From the NCBI GenBank assembly GCA_965370415.1, contig CBDUTJ010000002.1, positions 40,477 through 104,476 of the forward strand: a DNA stretch of 64,000 bases, written 5' to 3'. The notes below the pieces were generated by a model that had not been told where the DNA came from, did no database searches, and was given only the letters and a program-made list of their open reading frames with translations. The position numbers and the translations under genes were made by a program. Shown here one piece after another: positions 45,425 through 55,020 of the stretch. Position 1 is the stretch's first letter; each line of letters begins with the position of its first letter. This stretch comes from an uncultured bacterium (GTDB taxonomy: Bacteria; Cloacimonadota; Cloacimonadia; Cloacimonadales; TCS61).

Positions 45425-46073
45425 AATAGCTCCTTCCCTGCTTTCAGCAGATTTTACAAACCTGGAAAGCGAAATTTCTAAAGTTCAGGATGCAGGTGCC
45501 GATATTCTGCATCTCGATATTATGGATGGACATTTTGTTCCCAATCTCACTTTTGGATTACCTATAATCAAACAAATTCAATCTGTGGCAAAAATCCCCG
45601 TAGATGTTCACTTGATGGTAACTAATCCTCAGAACTACCTTGAGATTCTGGGTGATTGGAAGATCGATTATGTTTCTTTTCACCAGGAAACTGTTTTTCA
45701 TCTTCACCGACAGGTTCATGTACTTAAAGAAAAGAACGTAAAAGCAGGCATCGCATTGAATCCTGCTACCCCTGTAGAAACTATTTACGATCTGATCCCG
45801 GATCTGGATTTTGTGCTGATAATGAGCGTAAATCCTGGATTCGGAGGGCAGAAATTCCTGACATCTGCATATGAAAAGATAAGAAAACTGCGCAAGATAG
45901 CCGATGAAAAAAATCCCGCCCTGCTTATTGAAGTAGACGGTGGAATAAATAATATTATAGCCCCTAAACTTATAGAAGCTGGCGCTGATATTTTAGTTGC
46001 GGGATCTTACATTTTCGGACAAACTGATTATCAAAAACAGATTAAGAGCTTAAAAACAGTGAATGAGAAATAA
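45417..46073 (+). CDS. rpe: Ribulose-phosphate 3-epimerase
   Basis: MIKIAPSLLSADF..LHLDIMDGHFVPNLTFG. ATG 45417 is preferred over the track start at 45381. Confidence 0.92.
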   Translation: MIKIAPSLLSADFTNLESEISKVQDAGADILHLDIMDGHFVPNLTFGLPIIKQIQSVAKIPVDVHLMVTNPQNYLEILGDWKIDYVSFHQETVFHLHRQVHVLKEKNVKAGIALNPATPVETIYDLIPDLDFVLIMSVNPGFGGQKFLTSAYEKIRKLRKIADEKNPALLIEVDGGINNIIAPKLIEAGADILVAGSYIFGQTDYQKQIKSLKTVNEK

Positions 46074-47395
46074 TGTTTAATAATCTTACCGAACGATTCG
46101 ACGCGATCTTCAAAAAACTCAAAGGAAAGGGAAAACTCACAGAGCAGAACATTAAGGATTCTATGCGTGAAGTTCGCCGTGCACTGCTGGAGGCTGACGT
46201 AAATTTCAAGATCGTAAAGAATTTCATTGATGAGGTCAGTAAAAAAGCAGTAGGAACAGAAGTTATGAAAAGCATTACTCCCGGTCATCAGGTTGTAAAA
46301 ATCGTCCATAACCAATTAACAGCATTAATGGGAACTGACAACTTCAAAGTAAAACTGCCTGATAACCGTATGAACAAGATAATGCTGGTGGGTTTGCAAG
46401 GTTCCGGTAAAACAACTACTTGTGCAAAACTTGCAAGTAATTTCCGCAAAAAGAGTTTGAATATAACACTGGTTGCCTGCGACATTTATCGTCCGGCAGC
46501 CATTCATCAGCTTAATGTGTTGGGAAAGCAATTAGATATCCCCGTGATTTCAGATGAAAAACAGAAAAATGTTTTGAAAATTGCCAGGATGGCAGTAAAA
46601 GATACAGAAAATTCTGAAACGAATCTACTGGTTTTTGATACGGCTGGACGATTGCACATCGACGAAAAAATGATGAAAGAACTCAGAGATCTGAAAAAAT
46701 TTCTGAATCCCGATTATATCTTTTTCGTTGCTGATGCAATGACCGGACAGGACGCCGTTAATGTAGCAAAAGAATTTAATGACCAACTTGAGTTTGATGG
46801 AGTAATTCTAACCAAAATGGATAGTGATGCTCGTGGTGGAGCAGCTCTTTCTATTAAAGCAGTTACAGATAAACCCATTATCTACGTGGGAACTGGTGAG
46901 AAAATTTCCGATCTTGAAGAATTCTATCCCGATCGTATGGCAAACAGAATATTGGGAATGGGCGATGTTCTAAGCCTGATAGAAAAAGCCGAAGCTGCTA
47001 TCGATTCCGAAGAAGCTGAAAAGCTGATGAAGAAACTGAAAAAGAACCAGTTCACCTTTAGTGATTTCCTTTCCCAGCTTCAACAACTGCAAAAAATGGG
47101 ACCCTTAGATCAGATCGTAGGAATGTTGCCGAGCATAAATACATCTGCGTTGAAAGGTATGCAGGTAGATGAAAAAGATTTGAAACACATAGAAGCTATC
47201 ATCTATTCAATGACGCCACAGGAAAGAGAACAGCCCTCTGTAATAAATGGCAGCCGGCGACATCGCATAGCTCAGGGAAGCGGTACTTCCATACAACAGG
47301 TAAACAGATTACTCAAACAGTTTGAGCAAATGAAAAAAATGATGAAAAAATTTAATGACCCCAAATCTATGAAAGAAGGGTTGTTAACTTTTTAA
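46073..47395 (+). CDS. ffh: Signal recognition particle protein Ffh
   Basis: N-terminus FNNLTERFDAIFKKLKG. G domain with GLQGSGKTTT and DTAGR. Met-rich M domain. Confidence 0.95.
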   Translation: MFNNLTERFDAIFKKLKGKGKLTEQNIKDSMREVRRALLEADVNFKIVKNFIDEVSKKAVGTEVMKSITPGHQVVKIVHNQLTALMGTDNFKVKLPDNRMNKIMLVGLQGSGKTTTCAKLASNFRKKSLNITLVACDIYRPAAIHQLNVLGKQLDIPVISDEKQKNVLKIARMAVKDTENSETNLLVFDTAGRLHIDEKMMKELRDLKKFLNPDYIFFVADAMTGQDAVNVAKEFNDQLEFDGVILTKMDSDARGGAALSIKAVTDKPIIYVGTGEKISDLEEFYPDRMANRILGMGDVLSLIEKAEAAIDSEEAEKLMKKLKKNQFTFSDFLSQLQQLQKMGPLDQIVGMLPSINTSALKGMQVDEKDLKHIEAIIYSMTPQEREQPSVINGSRRHRIAQGSGTSIQQVNRLLKQFEQMKKMMKKFNDPKSMKEGLLTF

Positions 47396-47544
47396 AGAAA
47401 GAGGATTAGATTTTAATATAACTTTTTGATTCTAAATGAGTTATTTGACTGAGCATCTTTCTAAAAAATGCTTGACGACAAAAGTGCAAAAAAAAATTAA
47501 TCCTTATTCTATGTAAGTATAATGGTAAATATAAAGGAGAAAAA

Positions 47545-48111
47545 ATGGTTAAGCTCAGGCTTAGAAGAATGGGTGCAATAGATAAACCATTCTATAGAAT
47601 TGTTGCTGTAGATTCACGCAAGAAAAGAGACGGTGCATACCTTGAATCTGTAGGATATTATGATCCTAAAACTGATCCTCTTACACTAAAAGTAAATATT
47701 GAAAGATCTTTATATTGGCTTGGTGTTGGTGCTCAACCCTCAGATACAGTAAAATCATTACTGAGAAAAGCTGGAGTAATGGAAAAATGGCATAAACTCA
47801 AATTCGAGGAAAAAACCGAAGAACCAAAAGAAAAAAAGAAAAAAACTACTAAGAAAGTAACTAAACCAGCAGCAAAAAAAACTACAAAACCAGCTGCAAA
47901 AAAAACTACAAAAACAGCTGCAAAAACAGCTAAAAAACCAGCTGTTAAAGTTGATCCGAATTTGACCAGATCTAAAACCGTAAATACTGAAAAAAAAACA
48001 GTTAAAAAAGAAACTGCTAAAAAAAATGAAAAACTTAAGAAAACCGTCGAGAAGAAAGTAGAGAAAAAAAAGGTAATCGAAAAGAAGGAAGTTAAACCTG
48101 ATAAAGCCTAA
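47545..48111 (+). CDS. rpsP: 30S ribosomal protein S16 with ~100-aa Lys/Ala/Thr-rich C-terminal extension
   Basis: [30 protein letters not shown], followed by a tail with [25 protein letters not shown] repeats. Confidence 0.92.
   Translation: MVKLRLRRMGAIDKPFYRIVAVDSRKKRDGAYLESVGYYDPKTDPLTLKVNIERSLYWLGVGAQPSDTVKSLLRKAGVMEKWHKLKFEEKTEEPKEKKKKTTKKVTKPAAKKTTKPAAKKTTKTAAKTAKKPAVKVDPNLTRSKTVNTEKKTVKKETAKKNEKLKKTVEKKVEKKKVIEKKEVKPDKA
47806..48108 (+). repeat. Low-complexity Lys-rich coding repeats in the S16 tail
   Basis: AAAAAAACTACAAAACCAGC(A/T)GCA units coding KKTTKPAA. Confidence 0.75.
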
Positions 48112-48121
48112 GAAGTAGGAG

Positions 48122-48358
48122 TTGAAAATGAAAGAACTCATTGAATTTATTGTTAAAGCTCTAGTTGATGATCCTTCCTCAATTAATATTACTGAGGTGG
48201 TTGGAGACAAGATTACCATTTATGAATTAAGAGCTGCTAAAAATGATATTGGAAAAGTTATTGGGAAGCGCGGTAGAACTGCCGGTGCTATCAGAACTAT
48301 TCTTAATGCTGTTTCAGCCAGGCAGGGGAAAAGAGCGGTTTTAGAGATAATCGAATAG
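48122..48358 (+). CDS. KH-domain RNA-binding protein (YlqC/UPF0109-like)
   Basis: IGKVIGKRGRTAGAIRTIL, in the conserved rpsP-KH-rimM-trmD order. Confidence 0.85.
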   Translation: MKMKELIEFIVKALVDDPSSINITEVVGDKITIYELRAAKNDIGKVIGKRGRTAGAIRTILNAVSARQGKRAVLEIIE

Positions 48359-48853
48359 ATGGAGATCTCTGATCTTATTACGATAGGAAAGCTGGGTAAA
48401 ACCGTCGATAGCGATGGATATATCCCTTTCAAACCGAATAAGATCTTTCAATCATCTTTCCTGCAAAATGTTTTTTTGCTCTTTACAGATCATAGTGTGA
48501 GACTTGTGAAAATAGAAGATAATCTTAACGATAAAATGCTGAAGATCGATGACCTGGAAATTACTCGCGATGCAGCAAAAGATGGTAAAGTGTTGATTAT
48601 GTTACCCCAGGAAGATATTACAATGCTTTTGGATGAGCATAATATTCTGAATTATGCTGGTATGAAAGTTTATTTTGCAGATGATATCATCGGGAAGGTG
48701 AAGGAAACCTTCTTTAATAATGCACAAGATATTCTTATTGTGGAATTAATAAACGGTAATGAGATCATGATACCGGTGGTGGATTATTATATGGAACAGA
48801 TCGAAGGCAACACAATATACACAAAAAATATCGAAGGATTAATAAATTTATGA
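48359..48853 (+). CDS. rimM: 16S rRNA processing protein RimM
   Basis: LITIGKLGKTVDSDGYI and a PRC-barrel-like C-terminus. Operon position supports the call. Confidence 0.8.
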   Translation: MEISDLITIGKLGKTVDSDGYIPFKPNKIFQSSFLQNVFLLFTDHSVRLVKIEDNLNDKMLKIDDLEITRDAAKDGKVLIMLPQEDITMLLDEHNILNYAGMKVYFADDIIGKVKETFFNNAQDILIVELINGNEIMIPVVDYYMEQIEGNTIYTKNIEGLINL

Positions 48854-49530
48854 ATATCGAAGTTCTTACGCTTTTTCCAAAAATGTTTGAAAACTTCCTT
48901 CAGGAAAGTATGCTCGGGATAGCTACCAGAGAAAAAGCGTTATCGGTGAATCTAACAGACATTCGTGATTTCGCCCATGATAAACACCGCACAGTGGATG
49001 ATACTCCTTACGGTGGTGGTGCCGGCATGGTAATGAAACCGGAACCTCTTTATGAAGCAATCTCAAGTGTAAAAAAAGAACGGGATATTCCTATAATTTA
49101 TTTTACTCCGCAGGGTAAACTTCTTACCCAGAAGATCGTGACTAAATATAGTAAAATGGAAAACCTGATTTTGCTTTGCGGACACTACAAAGAGATCGAT
49201 CAGAGAATTCGAGACAAGTTTGTTACCGAGGAACTTTCGATAGGTGACTATGTTCTTTCCGGTGGTGAAATACCTGCCATGGTAATGATCGATGCTATTG
49301 CCCGGCTTCAGGAAGGAGTGTTGGGAGATATTGATTCTGCAATGACCGATTCACATCAGAAGGGTATTCTTGGATGTCCTCATTATACCAGACCACCCGA
49401 ATTCAAAGGTATGAAAGTACCCGAAGTTCTTCTTTCCGGAAATCATAAAAAAATAGATGAATGGCGTCAGCAAAAAGCTTTGGAAATCACCATGAAAAAC
49501 CGTCCGGATCTATTGAAAGATGATAAATGA
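48850..49530 (+). CDS. trmD: tRNA (guanine37-N1)-methyltransferase
   Basis: IEVLTLFPKMFENF..DDTPYGGGAGMVM..LSIGDYVLSGGE. Confidence 0.94.
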   Translation: MNIEVLTLFPKMFENFLQESMLGIATREKALSVNLTDIRDFAHDKHRTVDDTPYGGGAGMVMKPEPLYEAISSVKKERDIPIIYFTPQGKLLTQKIVTKYSKMENLILLCGHYKEIDQRIRDKFVTEELSIGDYVLSGGEIPAMVMIDAIARLQEGVLGDIDSAMTDSHQKGILGCPHYTRPPEFKGMKVPEVLLSGNHKKIDEWRQQKALEITMKNRPDLLKDDK

Positions 49531-50068
49531 CCTTTATGCAGGATTGGTGCATCATCCGGTTTATAACAAATTCGGAGAAGTAGTAACAACTTCTATCACC
49601 AATCTTGATATCCACGATATATCGAGAAGCTGTTATACTTTTGGCGTTAAGAAATTTTTCGTAATCACTCCCCTACCTACCCAGAAAGAATTATTGGAAA
49701 AAATCCTGAAATTCTGGCAAAGTGAGATTGCAAGCTGTTATAATCAAGATAGAGTAAATGCTTTATCAATAATTGAATATGCAAAAGACATTGAGTCTGC
49801 AAAGGAAATGATAAATTCACAGGGAGGAAACTGTCTTACCATTACAACAACTGCTACGGAATTAAAAAACCAATTGAGCTATGATGAATTTGTAAGATTG
49901 GAAAAACCTGTTTTCCTGTTATTTGGAACGGGGAACGGGTTAACGAGAGATGTTCATGAAAAAGCTGATTTCGTTCTGAAGCCTATCCATGGGAATAGAA
50001 ATTATAATCATCTCTCAGTACGAAGCGCTGTAGCTATTGTTTTAGACAGGATCACTTCCGAAAAATAA
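49520..50068 (+). CDS. Predicted RNA methyltransferase-like protein (Methyltrn_RNA_4-like, from recollection)
   Basis: [32 protein letters not shown]. It sits between trmD and rplS, as this family does in other genomes. Confidence 0.5.
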   Translation: MINDLYAGLVHHPVYNKFGEVVTTSITNLDIHDISRSCYTFGVKKFFVITPLPTQKELLEKILKFWQSEIASCYNQDRVNALSIIEYAKDIESAKEMINSQGGNCLTITTTATELKNQLSYDEFVRLEKPVFLLFGTGNGLTRDVHEKADFVLKPIHGNRNYNHLSVRSAVAIVLDRITSEK

Positions 50069-50078
50069 AGGAGGTTCT

Positions 50079-50426
50079 ATGGACATAGTTCATGAAATCG
50101 GAAAAGAACAACTGAGGACTGATCTTCCTGAGTTCAGAGTTGGTGACACCATTAAGGTTCATTATAAGATCAAAGAAGGTTCAAAAGAAAGAATTCAGCT
50201 ATTCCAGGGAATCGTTATCCAGAAACGTGGAGCACAGATTTCCAAAACCTTTACCGTTCGCAAAGTAAGTAACGGTGTGGGTGTTGAACGAATTTTCCCG
50301 CTTCATTCTCCTAATATCCAGAAGATTGAAGTAGTAAGATTTGGACGTGTACGCAGAGCCAAGCTCTTCTATCTTAGAAAAGCAAAAGGTAAAGCGGCAC
50401 GTGTAAAAGAAAAAAGAAGATACTAA
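50079..50426 (+). CDS. rplS: 50S ribosomal protein L19
   Basis: [31 protein letters not shown]. Confidence 0.95.
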   Translation: MDIVHEIGKEQLRTDLPEFRVGDTIKVHYKIKEGSKERIQLFQGIVIQKRGAQISKTFTVRKVSNGVGVERIFPLHSPNIQKIEVVRFGRVRRAKLFYLRKAKGKAARVKEKRRY

Positions 50427-50431
50427 AAATA

Positions 50432-50462
50432 AAAAAGGAGCTCGATCGAGCTCCTTTTTTTA
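50432..50462. terminator. Bidirectional terminator between rplS and the convergent histidine kinase gene
   Basis: Perfect 18-nt palindrome GGAGCTCGATCGAGCTCC (50438-50455), flanked by an A-run and a T-run. Confidence 0.85.
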
Positions 50463-52199
50463 TTGCACTAATTGCAGGGTTAGAATAAATATTGTTCCCT
50501 TTGGCTCATTATTTTCTACACGTATCGATCCATTAAAGCTTTCAATTGTTTTTTTCACAATATAGAGCCCCAGACCGGTGTGCCCTTTTTCACCGTATTT
50601 AAAACTCTCGTAAAATATCTTATCTTTGATCTTATCGGGTATTCCTTTTCCATTATCTGCTACTCGAATATCGCAAGAATTATCATATATTTTTATTGAA
50701 ATGTCGATCACATCTGCTTCTGCATGTATCAGAGCATTGTTGAATAAATTATCGAAAACAGAATCGATAGCATCGTTAGCCAGGACTTTTGCTTTACCTA
50801 AGATATTAATTTTCAAAGTGGGAAAGCTTAATGCAATTCTCTTTAGAATACTGTTTAAATCTCTTACTTTTAATGTCTTATCCGAGGTTAAGAATTCCTC
50901 AAATTGTTTCATTCTACGGATTAACAAAGAACCTTTTTGAATTTGTTTATCTGCTTCTTCAAGCATTTGATTTTCATGATTTTGCTTATAGATATTCAAT
51001 GCACTTTGAATGACTGCAAAGTTATTTGCTATATCGTGTCTTAATATTCTATTTACTAATTTAATATGTTTTTGATGATTGATCAGTTCTTCCTGTGCTT
51101 TTTTCCTTTCGGTTATATCCATCATACTGATCAGAATATGACTAAAAGATTCATTACTTGCCGGGATGGATAATTTGAGCAGAACATCAACCCGCTCACC
51201 TTGCAGGTTTTGAGTGATCTCTTCGGCTTCGAACGTTCTTTTACCTTCTGCTATGGCGATCAATTCTTCTTTGAAAGTATGCAATGACTCCGCAACAAAT
51301 ATACAATCGAGCGAAGCAAGCAATTCTTCTTTGCTTTGTGCTCCATACATTTTGAGTGTTTCATTGTTCACATTCAGAATCTTTATTAATTTCACAGCCT
51401 GCTCAACAAATTCCGGGTGCTTTTCCAGATAAGATCGAAAATCTGCTACTCCCTGTGCTTTAATTGCATCGATAGCTGCTTTCAGTTCTGTAAAATCCTC
51501 TTCCCAAATAGAAACATTTGCAGTTTCGAAAATCGTACGATAACGGGCTTCATTATCATATAATAACACAGTGGATGATTTTAGCTTTTTTTTAGCTTTT
51601 GTTTTTTCGATCATTTCTTGTTTCAGCTTGGTTGCACGTTCTTTTATCATTCCTTCCAGGTGCTTTTTTAATTCTTCTTCAGCTTTCTTACGTTTAGTAA
51701 TATCCCTTACAGTTACCTCTAACAATGTTTTGTGTTCTAACGTAAGCTTGGTAAATAATACAGTAGCAGGAAATTCTTTATCATTAATCCTTTTGTGTGT
51801 CCATTCAAAAAAATGCGAGCCGGTTTTCATTGCCTTTTTTATCATTTTTCTGATTTTTACGGAAGAAAGCTGTCCATCTGGCTGGTATTTTGGAGATAAT
51901 TCACAGGGTTTTTTAGAAATAAATTCCTTCTCATCTTTTGCATTGAATATTTGAATTGCGGAACGATTTCCTGCAGTAAATATACAGGTTGACGGTGTAA
52001 GAATCATCATAGCATTTTTAGAAGAATCAAAATGAATGCGGTATTTTTTTTCACCCTCTTTAAATTTTTTCTCAACCTTGATACGATTAATTTTTTCTAA
52101 TAATAATTGTTCATTTTCTTTTGTTAATACAACGTTTTGTTTTTGCAATTTCTGAAATTCCTCAAGTATTTTTTCTCTGGTTATATCTTTAGCATACAT
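50460..52199 (-). CDS. Multi-PAS sensor histidine kinase
   Basis: Repeated PAS-end motifs DITKRKKAEEEL and DITERKKAQEEL. H-box RILRHDIANN. HATPase region DNGKGIP..GHTGLGLYIVK. Confidence 0.85.
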   Translation of the reverse strand: MYAKDITREKILEEFQKLQKQNVVLTKENEQLLLEKINRIKVEKKFKEGEKKYRIHFDSSKNAMMILTPSTCIFTAGNRSAIQIFNAKDEKEFISKKPCELSPKYQPDGQLSSVKIRKMIKKAMKTGSHFFEWTHKRINDKEFPATVLFTKLTLEHKTLLEVTVRDITKRKKAEEELKKHLEGMIKERATKLKQEMIEKTKAKKKLKSSTVLLYDNEARYRTIFETANVSIWEEDFTELKAAIDAIKAQGVADFRSYLEKHPEFVEQAVKLIKILNVNNETLKMYGAQSKEELLASLDCIFVAESLHTFKEELIAIAEGKRTFEAEEITQNLQGERVDVLLKLSIPASNESFSHILISMMDITERKKAQEELINHQKHIKLVNRILRHDIANNFAVIQSALNIYKQNHENQMLEEADKQIQKGSLLIRRMKQFEEFLTSDKTLKVRDLNSILKRIALSFPTLKINILGKAKVLANDAIDSVFDNLFNNALIHAEADVIDISIKIYDNSCDIRVADNGKGIPDKIKDKIFYESFKYGEKGHTGLGLYIVKKTIESFNGSIRVENNEPKGTIFILTLQLVQ

Positions 52200-52545
52200 G
52201 TGATCTCCTTATAGAAATCGTCTCTGAAGAATACTTTATGAGTTTATAATACTTGTTCAAATCGATTAAATTTATAACTTCCTTTCTTAATTTTGAATTT
52301 CGGAACTGATGCTGAAATATTGTTGTAGCTGTTTCAAAACTCAGAAAAACATTAGCTACATTTTGTACAGACAGGGAAAGGCATTCCTCAATAACAGGAA
52401 ATGAATTTTGCCAGCGGTCGGACGCTTCTATACCTAAAATGAAAAGCTCCTGATGAAGTTTTATCATATTCCTGAAAGTCGACCTGCATTTTACCAATGC
52501 TTCGGACGTTATAAACTGATGTGTTCTACTATCCCAAAGCCACAT
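52189..52545 (-). CDS. Hypothetical protein between the two kinase genes
   Basis: 118-aa ORF, co-directional, overlapping the downstream kinase start by 11 nt. No motif recognised. Confidence 0.4.
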   Translation of the reverse strand: MWLWDSRTHQFITSEALVKCRSTFRNMIKLHQELFILGIEASDRWQNSFPVIEECLSLSVQNVANVFLSFETATTIFQHQFRNSKLRKEVINLIDLNKYYKLIKYSSETISIRRSHVC

Positions 52546-52587
52546 TTTACTTCCTTATATTTTTTTAGGAATATTTAAAAAACAATT

Positions 52588-54195
52588 TTATGATGTTTCA
52601 AATTCTATGGATAAAACAGCTCCTTTTTTAAATTGATATTTTAAAGTCCCTTTCAATTGATTTACCAGTGAGCTAACCAATTCTAAACCAAGAGTAGTTG
52701 GATCTTTCAGATCTATCACTTCAAGTGGCAATCCTTTCCCATTGTCTTTAACCACCAACAAATAACCATTAGTTCCTTTCTTGGTTATAGAAACTTTTAT
52801 CTTTCCTTCTCTACAATTTGAAAATGCATGCTTAATAGAATTCGTTACTAACTCATTTATAATAAGCCCGCAGGGAATGGCAACGTTCATATTAAATATA
52901 ATATCTTTGATATTAACATCGATTTCAATCTGTGACGGTAGAATATGATATGAAATCAATAAATGAGTTGTCAGACTTTTAATGTATTCTCCAAAATCTA
53001 TACTGGAAAAATCTTTGGTTCTATATAATTTTTCATGTATCAAAGCCATGGAACGCACTCTGTTTTGACTATTTTGAAATAGTTCAAGAGACCTTTTATC
53101 TTTTATACTTTGAGATTGCAGCTTAAGTAAGCTGGTAATGATCTGCATATTATTTTTTACCCGATGATGTATCTCATTTAGCAGGATTTCCTTCTCCTGC
53201 AAAGATCTATTAATTTCGTCCTGTGCTAGTTTTTGTTCTGTAATATCCTGTGCAGTAATAATTGCCCCTTGTGGAAAAGGTGCTATTGTAGCATAATAAT
53301 ATCTGTCTTCTCTATATTTGATTTCGGGAAAAACTTTTATCTTTCCAGTTTCAATGCAATCCATCAATTCTTTGAACATATCTATTGAATATTTAGATGC
53401 AAAATCTTTGTACATTATATCGCCGGGTTTCGGTAGCCGGCTGCGATTGGTTTTTACAGCTTTGTTCACACGCATGATCTCACCTTTATTGTTTACCACA
53501 ATTGTTTCTATGGGATTGTATTCAAATAGTGCATTATTCAGGTCATCATGTTCTTGCAGGCTTTCCAGGTTTCTGTTCCGCTCGGTAACATCTAAAACCT
53601 GCCCGACTGTAGAAACAGTTCCGCTTGTGTTTTTCAGGATACTGACACTTATCTCCAATGTTCTTATCTCTCCTTTTTTAGTGATAATATCAAATTCATA
53701 ACGATTTGGTACTTTCTCACCAAGCTGTCTTTTTTTATATCTCTCTTCAATCATGGTCTTGCTTTTTTTTTCAAGAAACTTTCGGAAATCAAATCCGATC
53801 AGATCCCTCCGTGAATAACCTGACATCTTACAAAACTCATCATTTACATAGCTAAATTTATAGACATTATCAACAATGAAAATCCCTTCATGAGAATTTT
53901 CTACCACAGAACGAAATTTCTCTTCACTTTCTTTTACGGCTTCTTCAGCTTTTTTTCTCTCTGTAATATCTTCCACAACTGCAATTTTCAGAGCTGACAA
54001 TCCATCGAACTGAGGAAGATTATAATCTGAAAGAATAATATTGGGACTGAATTCTTTTAGTCTTTTTTGAAAGGATTCTTTGTCTTTAACGACTTCCAGT
54101 TCATAGTTGAATTTAGCTCTTAAAAACTCAGTTTTTATGAGTTCAATACCTGCTTTGTTATCTTCCAATAGTAGAATCTTTACCGTTTCACTCAT
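52588..54195 (-). CDS. Truncated-receiver + PAS + HisKA_2-type histidine kinase
   Basis: REC start KILLLEDN..IILSDYNLP. PAS ends at DITERKKAEE and DITEQKLAQDE. H-box EIHHRVKNNMQ. HATPase region KDNGKGLP. Confidence 0.85.
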   Translation of the reverse strand: MSETVKILLLEDNKAGIELIKTEFLRAKFNYELEVVKDKESFQKRLKEFSPNIILSDYNLPQFDGLSALKIAVVEDITERKKAEEAVKESEEKFRSVVENSHEGIFIVDNVYKFSYVNDEFCKMSGYSRRDLIGFDFRKFLEKKSKTMIEERYKKRQLGEKVPNRYEFDIITKKGEIRTLEISVSILKNTSGTVSTVGQVLDVTERNRNLESLQEHDDLNNALFEYNPIETIVVNNKGEIMRVNKAVKTNRSRLPKPGDIMYKDFASKYSIDMFKELMDCIETGKIKVFPEIKYREDRYYYATIAPFPQGAIITAQDITEQKLAQDEINRSLQEKEILLNEIHHRVKNNMQIITSLLKLQSQSIKDKRSLELFQNSQNRVRSMALIHEKLYRTKDFSSIDFGEYIKSLTTHLLISYHILPSQIEIDVNIKDIIFNMNVAIPCGLIINELVTNSIKHAFSNCREGKIKVSITKKGTNGYLLVVKDNGKGLPLEVIDLKDPTTLGLELVSSLVNQLKGTLKYQFKKGAVLSIEFETS

Positions 54196-54416
54196 AAATA
54201 CTCCAGTTCTATATAATATATAATATTAAAAGCAAATACTATACCATAATAAATAACTGAATTGTGAAAAAAGTGATGCGTTATATCTTCATAGAGAATA
54301 AGAAGTTATGTTCGAAAATAGATAATATATGTTTTTTTTTGCTAAATTTAACCAACAATAATACAATTTTTTTTGTGTCAGAAAAGGACAATTATGGGTA
54401 AGAAATGTCACACAAT

Positions 54417-54860
54417 TTAAAATTCCTTAAGTTTTCGCTGTAGTTCACGTATTTCATCTTTTTTCCGTAGAGTTTCCCGTTTGTCATAATTTTTTTTACC
54501 CCGAGCAATAGCCAGTTTTACTTTTGCCAGACCTTTATCATTGATATAAATTTCCTTTGGTACAAGAGTCATTCCTTTTTCTTCGATATTTTGTCGGATC
54601 TTTCGAATTTCTCTTTTATTTAGAAGAAGCTTACGTTTTCGTTCCGGGTCATGATCAAAAGCACCACAATGTTCATAAGAGCTGATATGAAGATTAACAA
54701 GCCACACTTCTTCATCCTCCATCTTACCATAGCTATCTTTAAAGCTGAGCTTCCCAGCTCGAATAGATTTTATTTCAGTACCTTTTAATACGATCCCTGC
54801 TTCAAAATCCTGAATAAAAAAGAAATTACGCGCTGCTTTTCTATTTCTGAAAATCTTCAT
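54417..54860 (-). CDS. smpB: SsrA-binding protein SmpB
   Basis: NRKAARNFFFIQDFEAGIVLKGTEIKSIRAG. Confidence 0.94.
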   Translation of the reverse strand: MKIFRNRKAARNFFFIQDFEAGIVLKGTEIKSIRAGKLSFKDSYGKMEDEEVWLVNLHISSYEHCGAFDHDPERKRKLLLNKREIRKIRQNIEEKGMTLVPKEIYINDKGLAKVKLAIARGKKNYDKRETLRKKDEIRELQRKLKEF

Positions 54861-55020
54861 CTCTGCTCCTAAAGTTAATGTCTTGGATACTGTCTAAATG
54901 TCAATTTGTTTTAAGATATTGTTTACCAGAAAATAGCATACAAAAGAATTGACAAAAAATACAGTAATCCGATAAGGAGTGTGTTTTGAAGTTTGTTATT
55001 ATGCTGACTATGAGGTAAAT

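Noticed and set aside
47758-48219. 153-aa antisense ORF opposite the S16 tail
   Set aside because: It is the Phe-rich mirror image of the Lys-rich AAA/AAG repeat region.
54196-54978. tmRNA (ssrA) or another RNA gene flanking smpB
   Set aside because: Both flanking spacers are AT-rich. They lack a tRNA-like acceptor/T-arm and any GC-rich structured segment.
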